From positions 6,454 to 70,453 of the IMG/VR virus record IMGVR_UViG_2872278132_000003: a stretch of 64,000 nucleotides of DNA; one strand, given 5' to 3'. Source of the stretch: a virus. The notes beneath the pieces are model-generated. The model saw nothing but the letters and a program-made list of their open reading frames with translations, did no database searches and was not told the DNA's origin. A program made the translations under genes and the position numbers. Of the stretch, positions 26,998 through 36,230 are shown piece by piece; position 1 is the stretch's first letter; each line of letters begins with the position of its first letter.

Positions 26998-28061
26998 GCC
27001 GCAAGCTTGCAACTGTACGTCGTGTATCGCAACTGCGTCCGATTGATGGCGCAGATTTGATCGAACTCGCCATCGTGGACGGCTGGCAGTGTGTCGTGAA
27101 GAAAGGGGAATTCGCCGCAGGCGATCTGGGCATCTACTTCGAGATTGATTCGTTCCTGCCATCGACCGATGAGCGTTACGCGTTCCTCGAGCCGAAGTTC
27201 ATCAAGTGGGAAGGCAAGGTCGGCGCGCGCATCAAGACGATGAAGCTCAAGGGACAACTGTCGCAAGGGCTTCTGCTGCCCGCGAGTGCATACCCAGAGA
27301 TCGATGCCATTGAAGATTCGGATGTGACCGACGCGCTCGGCATCGAGAAATGGGAGAAGCCGCTACCAGCATGTCTGGGCGGCACGGCGCGTGGAAACTT
27401 CCCGTCTTTCATCCCGAAAACCGACCAAGAACGCGTGCAGAACATCCGTGACCTGTTCGAAGACTGGGGCCATCACACGTTCCAAGAGACGACCAAGATG
27501 GGCGGTAGTTCGATGACCGTCTACTACGTCGCCAAGGATTCGCGTATCTACGAGCAGAACGCCAAGCCCGATGCTGACGGCAATATGCCCGAAGAACTGA
27601 GCGGCGTGTGCTCGCGAAACCTGGATCTAGTCGAGACGCAAGGAAACCAATTCTGGATCACGGCGCGCGAAAACCAGATCATCGAGAAATTGCGCGCGTT
27701 GGGCCGAAATCTTGCCATTCAGGGCGAACTATGCGGTTCGGGGATCCAAAGCAACTTCGAGAAGTTCCCTGAAGGTGTGCACGACTTTTTCGTCTATGAC
27801 GCGTGGGATATCGATCGTCAGCAATACCTGTCGCCGACCGAAACGCATGCACTCGCCGATCAACTCAGCCTGAAGCACGTGCCGGTGCTTGGCTACATCG
27901 TCCTGAATGATGTTGGCCATACCATCGGCCAGATTCTCGATCGCGCCGAAGGGCAAGGCATCAATGGCGCAAAACGCGAAGGCATCGTGTTCAAGCACGT
28001 CGAATCGGGCTTCTCGTTCAAAGCTATCAGCAACAGCTATTTGCTCAAACATGGGGAGTAA
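26994..28061 (+). CDS. ATP-dependent RNA ligase (Rnl2-like, DRB0094 family)
   Basis: RKLATVR..I.GADLIE, YFEIDSFLP, LKGQLSQGL, FPSFIPKTDQERVQN, VCSRN, IQGELCG, REGIVFK, SFKAISNSYL. Confidence 0.92.
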   Translation: MSRKLATVRRVSQLRPIDGADLIELAIVDGWQCVVKKGEFAAGDLGIYFEIDSFLPSTDERYAFLEPKFIKWEGKVGARIKTMKLKGQLSQGLLLPASAYPEIDAIEDSDVTDALGIEKWEKPLPACLGGTARGNFPSFIPKTDQERVQNIRDLFEDWGHHTFQETTKMGGSSMTVYYVAKDSRIYEQNAKPDADGNMPEELSGVCSRNLDLVETQGNQFWITARENQIIEKLRALGRNLAIQGELCGSGIQSNFEKFPEGVHDFFVYDAWDIDRQQYLSPTETHALADQLSLKHVPVLGYIVLNDVGHTIGQILDRAEGQGINGAKREGIVFKHVESGFSFKAISNSYLLKHGE

Positions 28062-28238
28062 TGCGATGAACACTGCGGACTACGTAGTCGCCATCAGCAA
28101 CCTGACGCATCAGATCAACGAATCGAGTGCGAAGGGTTTTGCGAACAATCCAAACGCCGTAGCGCTCGTTAGCGAGCTTGCAACGCTCGTCGAGAAGCTG
28201 GAAGAACTCGCGCTGGCCGAGTGTGTGGGGAGGAAGGT

Positions 28239-28655
28239 ATGAGCGATCGCCAGATATTCAGGCTCGTACATCCAACTGCCCGCCAGCTCGCATCGAAGGC
28301 GTGCATCAACGCACCTGATGGCTACGTGGCCGAGATTAAGCCGCGCACTCGCTCGCTCGATCAGAACGCGAAGATGTGGGCGATGCTGGCCGATGTGTCG
28401 CGACAGGTCGACTGGTACGGCCAGAAGCTGACTTCCGAGGAATGGAAGGATGTACTGACGGCCGCACTCAAGAAGCAGAAGGCGGTTCCGGGCATTGACG
28501 GCGGCTTCGTGGTCATCGGCGCCCGCACGCGGAACATGACCATCAAGGAAATGAGCGAGCTGGTCGAACTGATGTACGCCTTCGGCGCGGAGCGAGACGT
28601 GAAGTGGTCCGACCCAGCCGATCAAGGCTACCAACAAATGGCGGAGGCAATGTGA
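28239..28655 (+). CDS. ninB: NinB recombination protein
   Basis: RSLDQNAKMWAMLADVSRQVDWYGQKLTSEEWKD...VPGIDGGFV. Confidence 0.92.
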   Translation: MSDRQIFRLVHPTARQLASKACINAPDGYVAEIKPRTRSLDQNAKMWAMLADVSRQVDWYGQKLTSEEWKDVLTAALKKQKAVPGIDGGFVVIGARTRNMTIKEMSELVELMYAFGAERDVKWSDPADQGYQQMAEAM

Positions 28656-28922
28656 AAGACGGCATCGCAATACTCTCATTCATCAGCATCGGCCTCCTTT
28701 ATCCGACCTGGCTTCAGCACAAGGTGCGCGGATGGACATTCCTCGCGATCTGGGCTGCGCCGATGGTGGCGTTTTATTTGGGGTATCTAGCGAAATGAAG
28801 AAAAGCCAACTTCTGTCTCTTTACGCGGTGATTCTGGCAGCTCCTCATGTAAGTCCAGAGGCAATGCAGTGGATTTGCCCCATCACATTGCTAGTTTCGT
28901 GGGCTTATGCATGGAGAGATGA

Positions 28923-29360
28923 ATGAAGCGCTCTTCGCTGACCCGCAAGACTCCGCTCAAGCGCGGTACCTGGTCGCGGAAGTCCGCCCCACTTCCCGAG
29001 GGCGTCAAGACCGCACGCAAGGCGGCGATCAAGTCGCGGGTGAAGAAGACAAGCAAGGCCGACCGCGAGCACATGGGCATCATCGCGGGCCTCTGCTGCA
29101 TCGTCTGTCGCAATCTCGGTTTCGATGGATCGCCGGCCGAAGTGCATCACGTGCGTTATCTGGCTGGGGGTGGCCAGCGGTCGAGCAACCGCGACACGAT
29201 TCCGCTATGCGTTGCGCATCATCGCCTCGGCGGATGGGGCGTGGCGTTTCATGCGGGGCCGGCCGAATTTGAGCGCCGCTACGGGACTGAGGCGGAACTG
29301 TTGGCACAGACGCGCCGAGAGATGGGATTGGAGCAACCTGAATCGGAGGAGGTGGTATGA
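28923..29360 (+). CDS. Ref/HNH-like recombination-enhancement nuclease
   Basis: CCIVCR...AEVHH...TIPLCVAHHR...FERRYGTEAELL. Confidence 0.8.
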   Translation: MKRSSLTRKTPLKRGTWSRKSAPLPEGVKTARKAAIKSRVKKTSKADREHMGIIAGLCCIVCRNLGFDGSPAEVHHVRYLAGGGQRSSNRDTIPLCVAHHRLGGWGVAFHAGPAEFERRYGTEAELLAQTRREMGLEQPESEEVV

Positions 29361-29620
29361 AAGCAATCGTTGTAGCAATCGCGGCACTCGCCGTCTCGGC
29401 GTCGGTCCCCGCCAAAGGCGGTGGAGCAGGTGGCGGACATGCCAGCGGCGGTCACGCATCAGCTCATGTTTCGGCGCATGCCGAGAGCGCGCACGCGACG
29501 GAGAGCGCGCATCCAATCGCGCCGATGCGCACAACATCATCACCCTTCCCGTTCTGGCTGTTCGGGCACGGCTCGACTACCCATTGCGACGACAAGGCCA
29601 ACAAGGATTGCAAGAAATGA
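29357..29620 (+). CDS. Small exported Gly/His-rich protein
   Basis: Signal-peptide-like N-terminus; GGAGG SD. Confidence 0.55.
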   Translation: MKAIVVAIAALAVSASVPAKGGGAGGGHASGGHASAHVSAHAESAHATESAHPIAPMRTTSSPFPFWLFGHGSTTHCDDKANKDCKK

Positions 29621-29834
29621 TCAACGAATGCCCGCGCGCCGGCCGCTGGATTGGTGGCTGCAAGTTTGAGGCGAGATATGACGAGAGGCCGGTTCAGCGA
29701 GTATCTGAGGTCGTTCAGCAGATTTCGCGCGCATCTAACGAAGCCGTTCATTCCATCATGCAAGGCAATATGCAAAGCGCCTATGTTCACGATGTCTGCA
29801 CGCGCTGCGGTAAGGTGATCAAACGGGAGACATC

Positions 29835-30347
29835 ATGACCGCCACCATCGAATTTCGCCGCTGGAACGGGCGCAGGAAATACGTGTTCTGCTTCTGGGAG
29901 GATGGAGAATTGAAGATCTTCAAAGATGCCGAAGTGGCTGAGCGCTGGGCCGAACGCCAAGGATTCAAGGCAACTTTTGTGGATGGTGAAATGAGGGTTA
30001 TCGTTTGTGGTGGCCGGGAATACCAAGATCGCGAACGTGTGTTCTCGATTCTCGATTCAATCCATTCCGAAACGCCTATCACAAAATTGATCCAAGGCGG
30101 TGCCAAGGGTGCAGATGATCTGGCGTTTCGATGGGGCTTGCAATGCAAAAATTCAGGCATGGAACTCATGACCGTGCATGCCGAATGGAAGAAGCACGGG
30201 CGTCGCGCCGGTCCGATCCGAAATGCGCAGATGCTGGAAGAGAATCCGCATCTCGTCGTTGCCTTTCCAGGTGGACGCGGGACGGCGGATATGGTGCGGC
30301 AAGCTAAGGCTGCTGGCGTACCTGTGATGGAGGTAGAAGGAGCATGA
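29835..30347 (+). CDS. DUF2493 / YspA-like SLOG protein
   Basis: MRVIVCGGR...IQGGAKGAD...AEWKKHGRRAGPIRNAQML...VVAFPGGRGTADM. Confidence 0.85.
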   Translation: MTATIEFRRWNGRRKYVFCFWEDGELKIFKDAEVAERWAERQGFKATFVDGEMRVIVCGGREYQDRERVFSILDSIHSETPITKLIQGGAKGADDLAFRWGLQCKNSGMELMTVHAEWKKHGRRAGPIRNAQMLEENPHLVVAFPGGRGTADMVRQAKAAGVPVMEVEGA

Positions 30348-30573
30348 CTGAAAGAGAAGAGCTTGAGGCGGCGATGGCCGAACTATTGCGGACGAAAGTT
30401 TATCCGAACAACTTCGACATTTGGCAAGCCAGCCGCCTCGCCGCAATCGATGAATGCGCGAAGGTTTGCGAGGATGTAGCGAGCAGACGGTCTATTGTGG
30501 AGATGAGCATTGGTGCGGCGATGTGCGCTGGGGCAATTCGCGCCCTGAAGGCAGATCCCACGGGAGAATCGAA

Positions 30574-31152
30574 ATGAGCGCCCTAGCCAACACAATCCGC
30601 CAGCTCGCGGGACAGCTTGCGCTGCTTCGTGCCGAGCGCGAACGTTACCAGGCGCTCTGTGCTGTGGCATATCAACTTGCCGGCGCCATGAACGCGCCAG
30701 TGCGTTTCCTAGATGCGCTCGCAGACGGCGCAAATGGCGATATCGAAGCGCGGCAGAAGACGGATGATCTGCTGCCGGTTGATCCGCAAGAGACGGGTGC
30801 GTTTCCGGCATGGTCGGACGACAACATCGTTTCAATGCAAGCCGAGATCGCGCAGCTTCACGAAGACCTCCAAGCCGCCAAGCTACTCGCTCATGCGAAT
30901 GGGGAGATGTTTCGGGCGGAGAAGGTGGATGGGGAGCGTTGGCGAGCGCTCGTAAGATGGATCGTCGAGAACGATGGCCCATCCACCCATGATTTCGATT
31001 TCACCTATCAACCCTCTGGCTATAACGGTGGTTACTTTTGCTGGGTCGAATTCGGGTGGAGACATCCCAAATGGGAACATCCGACAGCAGAACAAATAAA
31101 CGCCGCAGTTGATGCCGCGCGGACAGAAGGCAAACGGCTCGCAACCGATTGA
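30574..31152 (+). CDS. Hypothetical phage protein
   Basis: Coupled ORF at the end of the nin-like region. Confidence 0.65.
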   Translation: MSALANTIRQLAGQLALLRAERERYQALCAVAYQLAGAMNAPVRFLDALADGANGDIEARQKTDDLLPVDPQETGAFPAWSDDNIVSMQAEIAQLHEDLQAAKLLAHANGEMFRAEKVDGERWRALVRWIVENDGPSTHDFDFTYQPSGYNGGYFCWVEFGWRHPKWEHPTAEQINAAVDAARTEGKRLATD

Positions 31153-31235
31153 TTTATCAGTTATAATATGCAGTGCTAAGCGACAGGAGATCGCTAGTTG
31201 ATCGGGGCTCACGCTACATCGCGGAGAGCGCAGGG

Positions 31236-31664
31236 ATGGACGTTACTACCGAAGAAAAGATTGTCGCAAAAAGCGAAGATCGACAAATCCATGAGTTCTG
31301 CATCAAGTGGGCTTCATGGCATAGGTCGCGCCGACTGTTTGCGCCGCCCGTTCCGCAGAACCTATTGGTCCGTATGCAGAACTTGCCCGGCGGTGAAGTG
31401 CCCGACGCAGGATTGAGCGCAAGCGCGAGCTATTTCAACTTGGCGCTCCTGGGAATGCCGGAAGGACGACCCAAAACGGCGTTCTATTGCTACTACCTGT
31501 TTCGTGTGCGCCCTCTGAAGCTTCTGGCTGATGAATTGGGCGTCACCGAGCAGGGAATGCACAAGATGATCAAGACATTCCGAACGAATGCTCATCGATC
31601 GTATCACCGCATGTTGATCGGATCGCCGACACTCAACTTTGAAGTTGATAACGCGGGAGTTTAG
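31236..31664 (+). CDS. Putative Q-like late regulator/antiterminator
   Basis: C-terminal HTH (LKLLADELGVTEQGMH); last early gene, followed by TATGAT (31682-31687) and a hairpin + T tract near 31723-31753. Confidence 0.5.
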   Translation: MDVTTEEKIVAKSEDRQIHEFCIKWASWHRSRRLFAPPVPQNLLVRMQNLPGGEVPDAGLSASASYFNLALLGMPEGRPKTAFYCYYLFRVRPLKLLADELGVTEQGMHKMIKTFRTNAHRSYHRMLIGSPTLNFEVDNAGV

Positions 31665-32533
31665 TTTTCCCGTGAGTTTGCTATGATTTCTGAAAGTCTG
31701 GAATTCGTCGCCCAGACAAAACAAGCACTGCCGAGTGCGGGGCTTTTTCATTTCCGATCCCTATGCGCTCCACGGCTCTTCCGTCCCACATGTATCGCGA
31801 TCCCCTCGCGATCCTTGAGGCGAAACAATCGCGAGAGCGCCGAGAAGCCGCCAAGCGCGTCCGGATGGATCGTAGCGAGGCGGAGACGTGGAGCGAGGCT
31901 CGCAAGGCCGCAGAAGCGCTGTTTAAGAAGCCGGAGTGATCCATGCACGCATCCAGCAAGGTCTTGATCGGGATCGCGATGGTAGTCGTTTTCTGCTGCT
32001 GCGTGATTGCTAAAGGGATGCTGCGCCGTGATCGATCCAAATGAACTGGCGGAATGGGCAGCGACGTGCGCGGCAATCGCCGAGGATGCTGGGCTGCTTG
32101 AGCTTCCGCACGAGATGGACGATGCCGAGGCAGATCGCATGATGACGCTATATAGCTGGGGCATGACGCCGAATGCTGCGGCGCACGCAATGTATGCTCG
32201 GCATTGAGCGTTCACGGTTTATGTACAAGCGGAAAAAGTGAACATGAATCAGCTCATTTCGCTTTGGCTGAACGAAGCCGCGCGGGCTGCTTGGATTTGG
32301 TCTCGCTGGCTCGATAGCGCGGCCGAGGTATTCAGCGATTCAGCGATTCGGCGTAGTTCAGCGAATGTTGAAGCGACTGAAAAGATTGAAATGGCGGCTT
32401 GGTCGGAATAATTCCGATACTCTCGCCACAATAAACGCAATGCCCTGCCATCTCGCTTAGTTCCGAGATCGCGGGAAGAAACCGGCTGGCAAAGATAGGG
32501 CCAGCGCGCGAACCCGTCACGCGCAACGATTAT

Positions 32534-32605
32534 TGCGGGGTAGCCAGGCGGTACGGCAGCGCACTGTTAATGCGCCCTTCGGGGGTTCGACACCCTCCCT
32601 CGCAG
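32534..32605 (+). tRNA. tRNA-Asn(GTT)
   Basis: Acceptor TGCGGGG/CCTCGCA, anticodon arm GCGCA-CTGTTAA-TGCGC, GGTTCGA T loop; no encoded CCA. Confidence 0.85.
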
Positions 32606-32611
32606 CCTTTC

Positions 32612-32688
32612 GCTTCCGTAGCTCAATAGGTAGAGCGGCTCCTTTGTAAGGAGCGGGTTGTGGGTTCGAGTCCGTGCCGGGAGCACCA
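32612..32688 (+). tRNA. tRNA-Thr(TGT)
   Basis: GCTCC-TTTGTAA-GGAGC anticodon arm, GGTTCGAGTCC, 3' ACCA. Confidence 0.92.
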
Positions 32689-32689
32689 G

Positions 32690-33305
32690 TCGCGGCGGCC
32701 ATGAAATGCCATATTGGCAAGAAGGTCTCGCCATTTGGAGTCGATGGACGCGTCGGCCGTTTGCCTTACGAAACGAGGCGCTTTCACAACGTGGTCTTCG
32801 GCCGGATGGTGCGCACCTCCTCGGCCGGCGATGCCAACTGATCATCGGCTGGGAACCGGGCCACGTTGTGAGAGCGAATTGTCGCAATGCGGCCTTTCTG
32901 CCTGCCGGGTACTGGCGCCGGCCGCTCTCACTGATTACCAAGCCGGATGGCGGCAGGAGCATGGGCGGTGTCCCTTCCTGTTTGCCTGCCGGCCCTTCAC
33001 GCATGCGTTCTGATGCTTCTGCTACGGCGGAGGCTTCAGTCGGCCGATAGAGAGCGCAGCCGTGAAGGCGTGTCCCAAGTCTCGGGGACTTAAAGCCGTG
33101 AGACGCATGGATAGTAGATCGGTGGAGCAGTAGGCTCGTCAGTGACCATGCGCGCGTGGGTGACGCCACATGCCGCCTTCACTTCGGAAAGCTCCGGTAC
33201 GCAAGCCGGCGAATGGGTGCAAAGCCCGTATCCAATCGGGAACAGAATCACGAAAATCGCAGCAAATCGCCTCTCCCGTATCTGTACGGGGACGAGGCGC
33301 TTCTG
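32690..33305 (+). ncRNA. Candidate large structured RNA between tRNA genes
   Basis: No convincing CDS; many long stems, e.g. 32779-32796 pairs with 32859-32876. Confidence 0.45.
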
Positions 33306-33306
33306 C

Positions 33307-33378
33307 TTAGGGTTGTGGTAATGGTAGCCGGCCGGTCTCCAAATCCGTGCAGTCTCGGTTCGAATCCGAGGCCCTATG
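33307..33378 (+). tRNA. tRNA-Trp(CCA), degenerate anticodon stem
   Basis: TAGGGT/GCCCTA acceptor, CTCCAAA loop, CTCGG-TTCGAAT-CCGAG T arm; two mismatches in the anticodon stem. Confidence 0.65.
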
Positions 33379-33452
33379 CAGAAGGCGAAACAAGCGACGC
33401 GCCTGGCGATAGCCACCTACGGGTCACGCGGTCGCGAGAAAGTAGCCTTTTT

Positions 33453-33528
33453 GCGGACTTAGCTCAGATGGTAGAGCGAGTGCCTTCCAAGCACAAGGTC
33501 GCCGGTTCGATGCCGGCAGTCCGCTCCA
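33453..33528 (+). tRNA. tRNA-Gly(TCC)
   Basis: GCGGACT/AGTCCGC acceptor, GTGC-CTTCCAA-GCAC, 3' TCCA. Confidence 0.92.
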
Positions 33529-33535
33529 GATCAAT

Positions 33536-33609
33536 TGCGGGATGGGGTACTGGTAGCCCAAAGGTCTCATAAGCCTTGCAAGCGAGTTCGATTCTCGCTC
33601 CCGCAACCA
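33536..33609 (+). tRNA. tRNA with CAT anticodon (Met; fMet or Ile2 not resolved)
   Basis: TGCGGGA/TCCCGCA acceptor, AAGGT-CTCATAA-GCCTT, 3' ACCA. Confidence 0.88.
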
Positions 33610-33625
33610 TTCGCAGGATCTCCCA

Positions 33626-33843
33626 TGGCTACGCGTAAGACGAAGATGATCCCTATCGTTGAGGAACGCGTGCAGACATGCGAATCCTGCCGGCATCGCT
33701 TCACCAAGCGCGACTACCAAGAGTGCAGACGCTATCCGCCGACCATCGTGCCGGATATGCAGGACGGCGGACATTTCAGCGCTTTCCCGCTGATTGAGCT
33801 CAAGGAATTCTGCGGAGAATGGGCCGCTAAACTTAACTCGTAA
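33626..33843 (+). CDS. Small Cys-rich phage protein
   Basis: CESCRH...ECRRYPP...FCGEW. Confidence 0.7.
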
Positions 33844-33856
33844 CTCAGGAGTTCGC

Positions 33857-35032
33857 GTGGCCAATACATACGATCCGAAGTTACGAGAGTTCGCAACGCC
33901 GCGCCAAGTCGAGATGATCGATGCGATCGAAAAGCATGGATCCCATCGTTCCGCAGCAAAGGCGCTTGGGATTGGGCATGGCACGATCGGCAATGCCATG
34001 GCGTCATTACAGGCTCGGGCGGCCAAGATGGGCTGGAGCCCGTCGCATGACATGGTTCACGTCGTACCGGACGGATTCCGAGTCAAGGGCGTTTCGACGT
34101 ATTACGACGACGAGGGAAAGCCGCGGGGGCAATGGGTCAAAAGCGCAATCGATCAAGACCGGGCCGAGGAAATCGCCCGAGAAGCGTTAGCGGCGATGTG
34201 CGAGACCATTCCGCGCGTTCGCCCGCGCGAGGCCCCAGCACACGGCAATGCCGATTTGCTGAATTGCTTCGTGGTCACGGATTTTCACCTGGGCGCACTT
34301 AGTTGGCAAGACGAGACCGGCGCAGATTGGGATCTGTCGATCGCCGAGAACATGATCATTCGATGGTTTGAGCAGGCGATTGCTCAGTCGCCGGACGCCG
34401 AGACGGCACTCTTCGCACAAATCTCGGACTTCCTGCACGCAGATGGGATCGAGGCGCTTACGCCGGCCTCAAAACATTTGCTTGATGTGGATACGCGATT
34501 TGCCAAGGTGGTGCGCACAGCAATCCGCATCCTGCGCATCGTGATTGACATGCTGCTTGCAAAGCACAAGCGGGTGCACATCATCATGGCGGATGCAAAT
34601 CATGATCCGGTGTCGCAAATCTGGCTGCGCGAGTGGTTCGCCGTGCTCTATGAGAACGAGCCGCGCATCACGGTCGACCGCAGCCCATCACCCTACAATG
34701 CGTATGAGTTCGGCAAGGTGGCGCTGTTCGTGCACCACGGCCACAAGCGCAAAGTGACGAATGTGTCGGAAGTCTTCGCGGCTCAGTTCCGCGAGATGTT
34801 CGGTCGCACCAAGTACGCCTACGCCCACATGGGGCACCTTCACAGCATAGACGTGAAGGAAAACAACCTGATGGTCGTCGAACAGCACCGTACACTGGCC
34901 GCGCCGGATGCATATGCTGCGCGCGGCGGCTGGCTTTCTGGCCGGGATTACAAAGTGATCACTTATCACCGCGAGTATGGCGAAGTCAGTCGCGTGACGA
35001 TCAACAGCAACATGCTGATGCGGGCTGCGTAA
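33857..35032 (+). CDS. Calcineurin-like metallophosphoesterase with N-terminal HTH
   Basis: TDFHLG, SDFLHAD, ANHD, HHGH, GHLH motifs; GTG start with AGGAG SD. Confidence 0.8.
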   Translation: MANTYDPKLREFATPRQVEMIDAIEKHGSHRSAAKALGIGHGTIGNAMASLQARAAKMGWSPSHDMVHVVPDGFRVKGVSTYYDDEGKPRGQWVKSAIDQDRAEEIAREALAAMCETIPRVRPREAPAHGNADLLNCFVVTDFHLGALSWQDETGADWDLSIAENMIIRWFEQAIAQSPDAETALFAQISDFLHADGIEALTPASKHLLDVDTRFAKVVRTAIRILRIVIDMLLAKHKRVHIIMADANHDPVSQIWLREWFAVLYENEPRITVDRSPSPYNAYEFGKVALFVHHGHKRKVTNVSEVFAAQFREMFGRTKYAYAHMGHLHSIDVKENNLMVVEQHRTLAAPDAYAARGGWLSGRDYKVITYHREYGEVSRVTINSNMLMRAA

Positions 35033-35429
35033 TTCGCGGTCGAATGGATCTATTTCTCGATGCTGCAAGGGTCGTCTCAAGCGGGTCTATGGCTACACAT
35101 GGGAATTCATCGTGCCTGAAATGTTCGAGGAAGCGGCATGAGCCAATACGTAGGCATTGAGCCGAAGCAATATCCGTTCACCCATTGCAGCCCGGAAGTG
35201 TACGTCGAGGCTGCTGCGCCGACGATTACGCCAGAGCAAATGGAAGCGCTGGCCAAATCACAGCGCGAGACGGCGCATCGTCGGCCGAATCCGGCGAATG
35301 GCGCTCCGAAGCCGAAAGGCTACAACCCGGTGGCATAACCCTCTTCGCCGCCCCGCCTGCTCAGGCGTCACGGGCGCACGCCGCGCAACGCGGCACGCCG
35401 GGTGACCGGCATTTATTCGCTTGGCTCGC

Positions 35430-36128
35430 ATGATCGATCTGAACATCCGCGGCGACATAAAGCAGCTTGAGCGCGCGTTTGCTGGAGTGGCAGAGAAGCA
35501 ATTGCGATTCGGCGCTTCACAGGCAATCAACAGCCTCGCGAAGATGGTGAAAGGTGCCCAGCGAGACAATATGTCGAGGGTGTTGGACAAGCCGACACCC
35601 TTCACGCTGAACTCGGTCGCAGTGAAGGGATCGACTAAGGCGACGCTGACCGCGACGGTCTATGTGAAGGACATCGCTGCATCGTACCTTCTTCCCTTTG
35701 AGGAAGGTGGTAGTCACAAGATGATTGGCCGCGGCAAGACCTGGCTGAACCCGAAAGACAAAGCTCTGCTGCTCAACCAATACGGCAATCTGCCGAAAAC
35801 GAAGCTTGCCGCGCTGAAAGATCGGCCCGACATGTTCGTCGGCACGGTGAAGACGAAAGACGGGCAGCAGATCGATGGGTTATGGCAGCGGCCCACCAAA
35901 CGAGGTGCGGTGCTGCGAAGCAAGAAGGGGCGCGTGTTCAAGAAAGGCGCCAACGTCATACCGGAGGGCGAGAAGCGCGGGCATCTCAAGTTGCTGATGC
36001 GCTTTGGCGATCCGATGCCGGTTCGACAGAAGCTTGGTTATCGCGAGATAGCTGCGCAGATCGTGCGCGCCAATTTGAAGAAGGCGTTCGAAGAGGCGAT
36101 GGCTAAGGCGATTGCGACGGCGAGGTGA
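35430..36128 (+). CDS. Basic phage protein preceding cos (possible neck/tail-completion family)
   Basis: SQAINSLAK...VLDKPTPFTLNSV; family assignment uncertain. Confidence 0.55.
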   Translation: MIDLNIRGDIKQLERAFAGVAEKQLRFGASQAINSLAKMVKGAQRDNMSRVLDKPTPFTLNSVAVKGSTKATLTATVYVKDIAASYLLPFEEGGSHKMIGRGKTWLNPKDKALLLNQYGNLPKTKLAALKDRPDMFVGTVKTKDGQQIDGLWQRPTKRGAVLRSKKGRVFKKGANVIPEGEKRGHLKLLMRFGDPMPVRQKLGYREIAAQIVRANLKKAFEEAMAKAIATAR

Positions 36129-36230
36129 AATGCATTGTGCGGGGTAAACCCGATAGATAGAATAGCGAAGGCCGGTAGGTGCGCTAACACCTGACCGGCC
36201 TTCTAACCCCCATCACCTGTACGAGAGGCA

